DNA of 40,924 nucleotides from a bacterium (lineage in GTDB: Bacteria; Patescibacteriota; Dojkabacteria; JAKAPS01; JAJZLI01). The number at the start of each line of letters is the position of its first letter. The stretch's first letter is position 1. The notes beneath the pieces are model-generated. The model had not been told where the DNA came from, searched no databases, and was given only the letters and a program-made list of their open reading frames with translations. This document shows positions 16,933-25,538 of the stretch, in pieces. A program made the translations under genes and the position numbers. The DNA is taken from positions 1-40,924 of the forward strand of contig JAJZLI010000032.1 of the NCBI GenBank assembly GCA_021803645.1, read 5' to 3'.

Positions 16933-18465
16933 ATGTCTCAATCTCAAGAAAAAAAACAAAATGTTTCTACACACAGAAGGCCTCCTATAGTGACTTTAAT
17001 GGGGCATGTTGATCATGGTAAAACTTCTATTTTAGATGCAATAAGAGGAGCTAATGTAGCATCCCAAGAATCTGGTGGTATAACTCAGAACATATCTGCT
17101 TTTAGTATGAAGTTTAACAATAGGGATATTACTTTTATTGACACTCCTGGACATGAACTATTTAATGGAATGAGAGAGCGAGGAGTTCTGATTGCTGATA
17201 TTGTACTTCTTGTTATTGCTGTTGATGATGGTGTAATGCCACAGACACTTGAGGTTATTGATCTGATAAAAAAATCAAATTTAAAAACAATTGTTGTATT
17301 TAATAAGATTGATCTTCCTAATGCAAATATAGATAAAATTAAATCTGACCTTGCAAATAGAGGTGTGCTTCTTGAAGGGTATGGAGGAGACATACCTTTT
17401 GTATCGATTAGTGCAAAAAATAAAAAGGGAATTGATGATCTTTTGGACATGATCTTCCTTTTATATGACACTATGGATATTAAAGAGAGTGATTATAGAG
17501 ATTCACTTGTTGTGCTTGAGTCTTATAAGGATAATCATATAGGTAATGTTAGCTTATGTTTGGTTGAAGATGGAGATATGTTTCCTGGATATTATATAAG
17601 AAGTAGTAGTGAATTTTTAGGTAGGATTAGGATATTAAAAGATGGTAGTTTTAATCCGGTAAAGGAGGTTTCATCTGGATTTCCTGTATATATTGCTGGT
17701 GCAAACTCACTTATACCTATAGGAGAAAGAATTTATTTTTCAAAAGACAAAGATGTCCTTTTATCCTCCATGCCCAAAAGTGAAAATAACCTTCTTGATA
17801 GTATGGAAGATAATACTAGTGGTAGTATTGAAGAAATATTTCAAAACCAGAGAAATCCCGATGAGAAAAAAATATCGATTATTCTAAAAGCTGACAGTAC
17901 TGGATCTATTGATGCTCTAAGAAATGCATTAGGTAAGATTGATAGTGGAGAAGTAAAGGTTTCTATTGTTAAAGCTGAGAGTGGTGATGTCTCTGATGAA
18001 GATATCACTTTGGCTAAGAATACTAGATCCATTATATTGGGTTTTAAGATAAAAATTCCATCAAGATTAAAACAAATGGCAGAGTCTCAACGAATTATAG
18101 TTTTAAGCTATGATGTAATATACAATCTAGTAGATGATGTTATTGGTGCTATTGATGCATTAATTCCTCCTGCAGAGTATGAAGTAGAAGTTGGTAAAGC
18201 AAATGTTATAAATGTTTTTACTCTATCGAACAAATCTTCTGTAGCAGGAAGCCTAGTAGATTCTGGTAAAATTATGATAAACTATAGGTGTAAGGTTGAA
18301 AGAGCGGGAGTAGTTATTTACTCTGGTAAAATTTCTTCACTCAGGCATTTGAAGGATTCAGTGAAAGAGGTTATGGCTGGAAATGAGTGTGGTATTGTCC
18401 TTAATCCAGCTTTTACTGCCGAGGTAGGAGATATAATTACGTGTTTTAAGGTTGAAAAAAATTAA
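16933..18465 (+). CDS. infB: Translation initiation factor IF-2 (short form, no long N-terminal region)
   Basis: The G domain starts near the N-terminus (RPPIVTLMGHVDHGKTSILD, DTPGH, NKID). Domains II, C1 and C2 follow. Confidence 0.95.
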   Translation: MSQSQEKKQNVSTHRRPPIVTLMGHVDHGKTSILDAIRGANVASQESGGITQNISAFSMKFNNRDITFIDTPGHELFNGMRERGVLIADIVLLVIAVDDGVMPQTLEVIDLIKKSNLKTIVVFNKIDLPNANIDKIKSDLANRGVLLEGYGGDIPFVSISAKNKKGIDDLLDMIFLLYDTMDIKESDYRDSLVVLESYKDNHIGNVSLCLVEDGDMFPGYYIRSSSEFLGRIRILKDGSFNPVKEVSSGFPVYIAGANSLIPIGERIYFSKDKDVLLSSMPKSENNLLDSMEDNTSGSIEEIFQNQRNPDEKKISIILKADSTGSIDALRNALGKIDSGEVKVSIVKAESGDVSDEDITLAKNTRSIILGFKIKIPSRLKQMAESQRIIVLSYDVIYNLVDDVIGAIDALIPPAEYEVEVGKANVINVFTLSNKSSVAGSLVDSGKIMINYRCKVERAGVVIYSGKISSLRHLKDSVKEVMAGNECGIVLNPAFTAEVGDIITCFKVEKN

Positions 18466-18489
18466 TCTGCCCAATAATATCTAAGTTTT

Positions 18490-19590
18490 ATGAATGATAA
18501 AGATTTATTGGAATTACAAAATTTATTAAAAACTAAGTCTAATATTCTTATTGCTTCCCATACAAGACCAACAATAGATAGTGTATCTTCTATTATTCTT
18601 TTATATAAACTTCTAACCTTACTATATAAAGATAAAAAAATAACTGTTTATCTTCCTAATCTACCAGAGCGTTTAGAATTTTTAATGAAGGTTGTCCCTG
18701 ATGATCTCCCTGTAATTAAGGAGTTGGAAGAATCTAAATATACCATTTCTATCCCTAAACAGACAGCTTTAATAGATTCTGTTAATTATATACCCGATGA
18801 GGAAAACTTTACTCTTAATATAAAATTATTAAAAGGGGATATTGATAAAGATGCTGTTAAGGTTAGTAAAATCGGATTTACATATGATCTTGTAATCTTA
18901 GTTGATACTCCATATTTAAAGTTTACAGGGAATCTTTCAAAGGCGATTGTCCCTGTTAGGTCTTCTATTTCTATTGTTAATATAGATTCTCATCCAGATA
19001 ATTCTCATTATGGAGATTGTAATATCTTCAAAGATAAATTTAGTACATCTCAGGTATTATTTGAATTATCTAATGATTTAAAATTTAATTTTGATAAAGA
19101 ATATTTAAATTTGATCCTTATTGCCATATTATATAAAACTGATGGCTTGAAAGCTCCTAATATTCCCTTTGATGTATTTAAGGATATTTCTTCTCTTGTA
19201 AGCCTTGGAGCCGATATCTCATATTCTATAAGGTGTATTTCTGGTAGTTTTGATTTGCAGGATCTAAAGGTTAAGGAAAGTGTAATCAGGAATGCTCAGG
19301 AAGGGAATATTGATAATGCAAAATATGTAAGATCTTCTGTTGATGGTATACTATCAAATCCGTGTGGATTATTGGAAACATTGTATATTCGTGGTATAAA
19401 TTTTGCTTTTATACTTTCTATTGTTGATAAAAAGGTAAAGGTATATGCCAAGTTTTTTACTTATGATCCTGGTATTGGTAATTTATCTGCAAATTTTGAT
19501 GATGTTAAATTTGAGGGTAGTGTATATACTTTTAATACTAATAAATCCCCTGATGAGGTTTCTAAGATACTAAGTTCTCTTATGCATTAA
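18490..19590 (+). CDS. DHH/DHHA1-family phosphoesterase-like protein (NrnA-like) with degenerate catalytic motifs
   Basis: The layout resembles NrnA, with ILIASHTRPTIDSVSS (motif I region), LVILVDTP (motif II) and VNIDSHPDN (motif III region). DHH is replaced by DSH, and the motif I PD is replaced by PT. I found no GGGH motif. Confidence 0.65.
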   Translation: MNDKDLLELQNLLKTKSNILIASHTRPTIDSVSSIILLYKLLTLLYKDKKITVYLPNLPERLEFLMKVVPDDLPVIKELEESKYTISIPKQTALIDSVNYIPDEENFTLNIKLLKGDIDKDAVKVSKIGFTYDLVILVDTPYLKFTGNLSKAIVPVRSSISIVNIDSHPDNSHYGDCNIFKDKFSTSQVLFELSNDLKFNFDKEYLNLILIAILYKTDGLKAPNIPFDVFKDISSLVSLGADISYSIRCISGSFDLQDLKVKESVIRNAQEGNIDNAKYVRSSVDGILSNPCGLLETLYIRGINFAFILSIVDKKVKVYAKFFTYDPGIGNLSANFDDVKFEGSVYTFNTNKSPDEVSKILSSLMH

Positions 19591-21644
19591 GAGATTCCCT
19601 TCATTGATAACTTGAGCCTTCCCTGATCATCTCTACCAAGTACTTTAACTTTTACCATTTGCCCAATTTTGACAATTGTTTCTGGATTTTTTACAAATCC
19701 ATCCTTCATCTCAGAGACATGTACAAGCCCTGAAATGTTTGGACTTACATCAACAAATGCACCGAATGTAGTAATTTTTACTACTTTCCCATCATACACC
19801 TTTCCTGTTTCTGCTTCCTGTGTAATATCCTTTATCATTTTTATTGCTATCTCTCTTTGCTCTTGAGTTTGTGCAGATACAGATACAGTACCATCTTCCT
19901 CTACGCTGACATCAGCTCCAGATTTTTCTATTATACCCTTAATTGTTTTTCCCCCTGAACCGATTATATCTCCAATTTTGCTTACTTCTATTTGTATAGT
20001 TTCTATAACAGGAGCATATTGAGAAATATCACTTCTTGATTGAGATATTACTTCAAGCATTTTGTCTAATATGAATTCCCTACCTTCCTTGGCTTGTATT
20101 AATGCCTTTTTTAATACTTCTACAGGAATTCCTTTGAGTTTATTGTCCATTTGTAGTGCTGTAATACCTTCTTTAGATCCTGCGACTTTAAAATCCATAT
20201 CTCCAAAGTGGTCTTCTGGCCCTTGTATATCTGTTAATATTACATATTCATTTTTTTCTTCATCTGCAACAAGTCCCATAGCTACGCCTGATATTGGTGA
20301 TTTAATTGGAACTCCTGCTGCCATAAGGGATAGAGTTGAACCACATACAGAAGCCATTGAAGATGATCCATTTGATGCAAGTGTTTCTGATACAACCCTT
20401 ATTGCATAAGGAAATTCAGATAAGGAAGGAATTTGTCTTTCTAATGCTCTTTCTGCTAATGCCCCATGCCCAATATCTCTCCTTGATGGATAGTATAGAT
20501 TTTTGCTTATCTCCCCTACTGACCAACCGGGAAAGTTATAGTGATGCATATATCTCTTTATTTCTTCACCATATATGCTTTCTATAAGTTGACCTTGTTT
20601 GCCAGCGGCTAAAGTTACTACAGACAATACTTGTGTTTCTCCTCTTTGGAAAAGTGCTGATCCATGAGTCCTTGGAAGAATATCAATATCTATATATAAA
20701 GGTCTAATCTCGTTTAATTTTCTTTTATCTGGTCTTACTTTTTTATTTAATATTCCTTCTCTTGTAGTCTGCTTTTCTAATGTTGTTACAACCTCACTTA
20801 TTGCTCCAGCTTCATATTTATCTTTTAGATCTTCTATAATATCTTTAAATAGATTGTTATCTTTCTCTTCCCATATAGATTTTTCAATTCTTGAGTAGTA
20901 TTTATTTTGTATAAGATCAAATAACTCTTTGTCTATGACATGAGGTATATATTCAAATTCCTTAGGTTCTATTTCCTTCAAAAACTCTTTTTGTAATTCT
21001 AGGATTTTATGAGCACTCATTTTAGCAAATTCAATTGCCTCTATCATTCTTTCTTCCTTGATACTGTCGGCCCCAGCCTCTATCATTGATATAGAATGTT
21101 CTGTTGATGACACAATTAGATTTAGAGAAGAATCATCTATTTCTATGTTTGTCGGATTTAAAATAAAGTCACCACCAATTTCTCCTACTTTTACGCTTGC
21201 AACTGGACCCTCAAATGGTAGTCCTGCAGAAAGTAGGGCAAGTGATACAGCATTGACTGCAAGTATTGAGGGGTCATTTAGTTTATCGTATGAAAGTACA
21301 GTTACTGCAATTTGTACTTCATTCAAAAAATCATCCTTGAATATTGGTCTAATTGATCTATCTATTATCCTTGCTTTCAATATCTCATTTGGAGAAGGTC
21401 TTCCTTCTCTTTTTATAAACCTTGAAGAAGAGATCATCCCTCCTGCATATAATTTTTCAATATACTCGACTGTTAATGGAAAAAAATCTATTCCCTCTTT
21501 GGCTTCACCAACAACAACAGTTGCAAGAACTACTGTCTCTCCCATTTGAGCTAATATCGAGGAAGTTGCTTTTTGAGCCAACCTACCAGTTTCAAAGGAT
21601 ATTGTGTGGTTTCCTATTTGAGATTCTTTTTTGACAATATTCAT
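19587..21644 (-). CDS. pnp: Polyribonucleotide nucleotidyltransferase (PNPase)
   Basis: It has two RNase PH domains, a KH domain (IGDIIGSGGKTIKGI) and a C-terminal S1 domain (GKVVKITTFGAFVDV..GLVHVSE). It lies directly downstream of rpsO, which is the conserved arrangement. Confidence 0.97.
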   Translation of the reverse strand: MNIVKKESQIGNHTISFETGRLAQKATSSILAQMGETVVLATVVVGEAKEGIDFFPLTVEYIEKLYAGGMISSSRFIKREGRPSPNEILKARIIDRSIRPIFKDDFLNEVQIAVTVLSYDKLNDPSILAVNAVSLALLSAGLPFEGPVASVKVGEIGGDFILNPTNIEIDDSSLNLIVSSTEHSISMIEAGADSIKEERMIEAIEFAKMSAHKILELQKEFLKEIEPKEFEYIPHVIDKELFDLIQNKYYSRIEKSIWEEKDNNLFKDIIEDLKDKYEAGAISEVVTTLEKQTTREGILNKKVRPDKRKLNEIRPLYIDIDILPRTHGSALFQRGETQVLSVVTLAAGKQGQLIESIYGEEIKRYMHHYNFPGWSVGEISKNLYYPSRRDIGHGALAERALERQIPSLSEFPYAIRVVSETLASNGSSSMASVCGSTLSLMAAGVPIKSPISGVAMGLVADEEKNEYVILTDIQGPEDHFGDMDFKVAGSKEGITALQMDNKLKGIPVEVLKKALIQAKEGREFILDKMLEVISQSRSDISQYAPVIETIQIEVSKIGDIIGSGGKTIKGIIEKSGADVSVEEDGTVSVSAQTQEQREIAIKMIKDITQEAETGKVYDGKVVKITTFGAFVDVSPNISGLVHVSEMKDGFVKNPETIVKIGQMVKVKVLGRDDQGRLKLSMKGIS

Positions 21645-22042
21645 TATTTCTTCAATCCTAACTTCTTTATTAATTCTTGGTATCTTTCTTTATCCTTATT
21701 TTCAATAAACTGAAGCAGTCTCCTTCTTTTTCCTATAATTTGAAATAGACCTCTTCTTGAATGATTATCTTTTCTGTTTTTCTTTAGATGTTCAGATAAT
21801 TGAACAATTCTTTGTGAAAATAAGGCTATTTGTACTTCAGGTGATCCAGTATCTCCCTCATGTGTCGCAAATTTGGATATTAATTTTTCTCTTGAAAGGT
21901 TTGAAATATCAACTTCTTCTGATTTTATTTTTTCAGGTGCTACTTTTTTAGCCTTTATTTTTGGTTTAGTTTCTTTTGCCTTAGAAACTATTTTTTTCTT
22001 AGTAGTTACCGTCGTTTTCTTTTTTTCTATTTTTTTTGCCAT
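21644..22042 (-). CDS. rpsO: 30S ribosomal protein S15 with a Lys-rich N-terminal extension
   Basis: The C-terminal ~85 aa (GDTGSPEVQIALFSQRIVQLSEHLKKNRKDNHSRRGLFQIIGKRRRLLQFI) form the S15 core. The start is placed at ATG 22042 (MAKKIEKKK). The track start at 22069 is a TTG. The stop overlaps the pnp ATG by 1 nt. Confidence 0.9.
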   Translation of the reverse strand: MAKKIEKKKTTVTTKKKIVSKAKETKPKIKAKKVAPEKIKSEEVDISNLSREKLISKFATHEGDTGSPEVQIALFSQRIVQLSEHLKKNRKDNHSRRGLFQIIGKRRRLLQFIENKDKERYQELIKKLGLKK

Positions 22043-22133
22043 TCTTAACAAAATAACAAAACCCCACAATAACTAGAGTTTTGTCCTAATATAATACTTT
22101 GAGTTTAATTGGTAAAAGAAGCTTAACTATAAG

Positions 22134-22160
22134 AGTATCAAAAATTTTCCTAAATGTCAA
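22134..22160 (-). promoter_or_regulatory. Possible rpsO-pnp promoter (TTGACA-N15-GATACT on the minus strand)
   Basis: The minus strand reads TTGACAtttaggaaaatttttGATACT. The 15-nt spacer is short, so this is a weak call. Confidence 0.25.
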
Positions 22161-22171
22161 AATATATAATG

Positions 22172-22423
22172 TTAATTATTTGTTCTCCCTATTTTAATAA
22201 TCCCCATTTTATAGAAGATAAAACATCCTATAGCTATAGAGGACATAACAATAATGCCTGTTTCCAAGAAATTAAAAATGGATTGTATATTTATGTTATT
22301 GATATTTGTTAGTATATTCAGTATTAAAGCAATGAAACCTAAGAACAAAAAAGTAGAACATGCAACTAATAATGTTGCAATAATAATAAGTAAAATCTTT
22401 TTTACAAAATACTCGATTCTCAT
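22172..22423 (-). CDS. Small hypothetical membrane protein (83 aa, about 3 TM helices)
   Basis: The call rests on the ORF and a strongly hydrophobic helix pattern only. I recognise no family. Confidence 0.4.
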   Translation of the reverse strand: MRIEYFVKKILLIIIATLLVACSTFLFLGFIALILNILTNINNINIQSIFNFLETGIIVMSSIAIGCFIFYKMGIIKIGRTNN

Positions 22424-22518
22424 GCCATTAGTGTATTCCTATTCAATGAATTTGTCAATATAACATTACATATTGGGTATGACATCATTATCTGTTGTTG
22501 TATATTTTTTTCATTTAG

Positions 22519-22527
22519 TGATATACT
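22519..22527 (+). promoter_or_regulatory. Extended -10 motif TGATATACT upstream of RNase J
   Basis: This is the fourth copy of the same 9-mer. It lies ~79 nt upstream of the rnj ATG. Confidence 0.4.
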
Positions 22528-22544
22528 TGTAAACTTACGTAAAT

Positions 22545-22570
22545 TTCTATATATGGAAATATATATAGAA
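22545..22570 (+). promoter_or_regulatory. Perfect 10-bp inverted repeat (TTCTATATAT-ggaaat-ATATATAGAA) in the RNase J leader
   Basis: The arms at 22545-22554 and 22561-22570 are exact reverse complements. The repeat lies between the putative -10 element and the start codon. Confidence 0.3.
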
Positions 22571-22605
22571 TATTTATTTTTATAATTGTTATATAAATTT
22601 CAAGT

Positions 22606-24300
22606 ATGTCAGATAATCTGCGTGTTATCCCGTTAGGTGGAACTGAAGAGGTTGGTATAAATAGTACAATTTTTGAAAATAAAGGGGACATTATTGTTGT
22701 TGATTTTGGACTTGGTTTTTCAGAAGATGATGTTTATGGTATTGACTTCATTATTCCAAATTTCGAATATTTAAAACAAAATAAAGCAAAAATTAGAGGT
22801 ATTGTTATTACTCATGGTCATCTTGATCATATTGGGGGGCTTCCATATGTATTAGATCAAATAGGTAATCCTCCTGTATATGGTACAAAAATGACAGCCT
22901 CTATTATTAGGGATAAATTAAAAGATACAAAAAAATTAAAAGATGCAAGTGTAATTGAATTTTCTCCAGATGATACATTTAAGTTAGGGTCATTTAATTT
23001 ATCATTTTTTAGAGTTAATCATAATATCCCAGATTCTGTTGGTATTGTTATTGGTACTCAATATGGAAATATTGTGCATACTGGGGATTTTAAATTTGAC
23101 AATACCCCGTTTGAAGAACCAGTAACAGAGTATGGGAAAATTGCAAAAGTTGGAATGGAAGGTGTTCTACTTCTACTTTCTGATAGTACTAATGCAACCA
23201 AAACTGGTATGTCTGTGTCTGAAAGTAGCATTACCCCTGTTCTTGAAGGAATTATTGTAAATGCAAAGGGAAGGGTTATTGCTGCAACTTTCTCTTCTTT
23301 GCTAACTCGAGTAAATCAACTGATATCTCTTGCGTACAAGCATGGACGAAAGGTTGCAATTTCTGGTTCTTCTATGGTAAGCACCGTTAGTATTGCAAAA
23401 TCTTTGGGGTATTTAAAAGTTCCTAAAGATTTGTTTATAAAGATAGAAGATGTTCCTAACTACCCTGAAAATGAAGTATTGATTATAACCACTGGAGCTC
23501 AGGGGGAAGAAAATGCCGGCTTGATGAAAATGATTATGGGAGAGCATTCCTCAATTAATATAAAAAAGGAAGATACAATATTGCTTTCATCTTCTGTAAT
23601 CCCTACAAATGCGTTTTTGGTACAGAAGTTGTTGGATTTTCTTGTTGGATCAGGTGCTCATGTTATTCATCAGAGTATTATGGATGTTCACGCCGGAGGG
23701 CATGCACATCAAGAGGATCATAAACTCCTTTTTAACCTTGTTAAACCAAAATATTTTATGCCTATTGAAGGATATCAATCTTTCCTCGATACTCATATAC
23801 AAACAGCAAAATCTGTTGGTATTAAAGAAGAAAATATTTTATTTCCTCGCAATGGTCTTGCTTTTGAATATGATGAATCTAGAGGGTTTATAAAGAAGGA
23901 AAGAATCAAACATGCTCCTGTTAGAATTTCAGGGAATACAATAGGAGATTTAGGTAATAGGGTTATGAAAGAGCGAGAGCAACTTTCTGGCCAGGGACTT
24001 GTTACTGTGCTTTTTAATGTAAATTCAGACCATAAACTTATACTCCCCGTTCATGTTATCTCAAGAGGTTTTGTATTTTCTAAAAAAAGTTTTCAGTTAA
24101 TAGATATTGTGGAGAAAAAAGCGCAATCTTTATTTGAATCTCATTTTGAAGGTAAGGAGTTTGAAACTGGAGATGTAAGGGAATATATCTCTAAAAGATT
24201 ACAATCTTTTCTTTTTGAAAAGTATGGAAAAGATCCTCTCATATTAGTTATTGTAAATATAAATGGAAATACAAAATATACGAGCAACAGTAGTCAGTAA
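22606..24300 (+). CDS. rnj: Ribonuclease J (metallo-beta-lactamase/beta-CASP)
   Basis: It begins with LRVIPLGGTEEVGINSTIFE and has the HGHLDHIGG motif. A beta-CASP region and a C-terminal domain follow. The ~560-aa length is typical. Confidence 0.92.
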   Translation: MSDNLRVIPLGGTEEVGINSTIFENKGDIIVVDFGLGFSEDDVYGIDFIIPNFEYLKQNKAKIRGIVITHGHLDHIGGLPYVLDQIGNPPVYGTKMTASIIRDKLKDTKKLKDASVIEFSPDDTFKLGSFNLSFFRVNHNIPDSVGIVIGTQYGNIVHTGDFKFDNTPFEEPVTEYGKIAKVGMEGVLLLLSDSTNATKTGMSVSESSITPVLEGIIVNAKGRVIAATFSSLLTRVNQLISLAYKHGRKVAISGSSMVSTVSIAKSLGYLKVPKDLFIKIEDVPNYPENEVLIITTGAQGEENAGLMKMIMGEHSSINIKKEDTILLSSSVIPTNAFLVQKLLDFLVGSGAHVIHQSIMDVHAGGHAHQEDHKLLFNLVKPKYFMPIEGYQSFLDTHIQTAKSVGIKEENILFPRNGLAFEYDESRGFIKKERIKHAPVRISGNTIGDLGNRVMKEREQLSGQGLVTVLFNVNSDHKLILPVHVISRGFVFSKKSFQLIDIVEKKAQSLFESHFEGKEFETGDVREYISKRLQSFLFEKYGKDPLILVIVNINGNTKYTSNSSQ

Positions 24301-24925
24301 AAAAATTGTTAATAATGTAGCCATACTTTTAAATCTGTCTGCTCATGTACCTATTGAATATAAAGCTGGACAATATTTTTCTTTCATTTTTTCTGATAAA
24401 TTACGAAGGTCATATTCTGTAACTTCTACAGATTGTTCTAGTACAATCTCTTTTGCTATAAAGATTGACGATGGAGAAGGATCACAAGCTATATCAGAAC
24501 TAAAGTTAGGATATAATATTGACCTGCTTGGTCCATTGGGGAAATTTACATATATTGATGATGGATCTAACACTCTTGTTTTTATTGCGACAGGGATTGG
24601 TATTGCCCCAATAAAGGGTATTATTGATAACCTTTTAAAAAACTCTTTTAGTGGAAAAATTTATTTATTTTGGGGAGTTAGGAATGAAAAAAATTTTATT
24701 TATGATTTTTCCTTGTATCCAATAAAATTTATTCCTGTTGTTTCTGCTCCTGAAGGTAATTTTGAAAATGTTGGCCATGTTCAGGATTTTATAAAAAAGT
24801 TAGATTTTCCTGAAAATACATCTTTTTATATTTGTGGCTCTCCTATGATAGTAAATGATATTCGTAGTTTTATAAAATCAACCTTTGTTGCTGATTATAG
24901 TAAAATATATGTTGAAAAATTTTAA
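24263..24925 (+). CDS. FNR-like FAD/NAD(P)-binding oxidoreductase (PyrK-like, without a visible Fe-S domain)
   Basis: RRSYSVTS is an RxYS FAD-binding motif and FIATGIGIAPIKG is an NAD(P)-binding motif. The start overlaps the rnj 3' end by 38 nt. Confidence 0.7.
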   Translation: MEIQNIRATVVSKKIVNNVAILLNLSAHVPIEYKAGQYFSFIFSDKLRRSYSVTSTDCSSTISFAIKIDDGEGSQAISELKLGYNIDLLGPLGKFTYIDDGSNTLVFIATGIGIAPIKGIIDNLLKNSFSGKIYLFWGVRNEKNFIYDFSLYPIKFIPVVSAPEGNFENVGHVQDFIKKLDFPENTSFYICGSPMIVNDIRSFIKSTFVADYSKIYVEKF

Positions 24926-24952
24926 TTTTATGTTAATGTATTAGATATATAT

Positions 24953-25441
24953 TTGTCAATTATTATGAAAGATAACAATTTAAAGGAGGGAGATATTGCT
25001 CCTGATTTTGAACTTAAAGATTACAATGGTGTTTCTTTATCATTATCCTCTTTGAGGGGGAAGTATGTGGTTTTATACTTTTATCCTAAGGACGATACTC
25101 CTGGTTGTACTATTGAAGCAAAATCATTTAGGGATAGTTATCAAGAATTTCTTAGTTTGGGTGTCGTTGTTGTTGGAATTAGTGTAGATGATCAGTCTTC
25201 TCATAAAAGATTTTGTGAAAAATATGCCTTGCCATTTCCTCTTCTTTCTGATGAGAACCTTGAGGTTGTAAAGGCATATGGTGTATGGGGAAGTAAATCA
25301 TTGTATGGTAAAATTTTTGAAGGAACTAATAGAATTACTTTTGTAATAGATCCTGACGGTAAGATTTCTAAGATCTGGAAAAAAGTGAATGTTAATAGTC
25401 ATACTAATGAAGTTCTTGATTATGTAAGGTCTTTAGTATAG
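24953..25441 (+). CDS. bcp: Thioredoxin-dependent thiol peroxidase (Bcp-type peroxiredoxin)
   Basis: FYPKDDTPGCTIEA holds the peroxidatic Cys. The overall AhpC/TSA layout is present. The track start is a TTG at 24953. The first ATG is at 24965. Confidence 0.9.
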   Translation: MSIIMKDNNLKEGDIAPDFELKDYNGVSLSLSSLRGKYVVLYFYPKDDTPGCTIEAKSFRDSYQEFLSLGVVVVGISVDDQSSHKRFCEKYALPFPLLSDENLEVVKAYGVWGSKSLYGKIFEGTNRITFVIDPDGKISKIWKKVNVNSHTNEVLDYVRSLV

Positions 25442-25538
25442 ATTCTGTAACAATATGAATATGTCCTAAGATTATGAAGCTCCATGCTGTTTGTTCTTTC
25501 CATTTCATTTCCTTTTCATGTATATTTGATTAGGGAGC

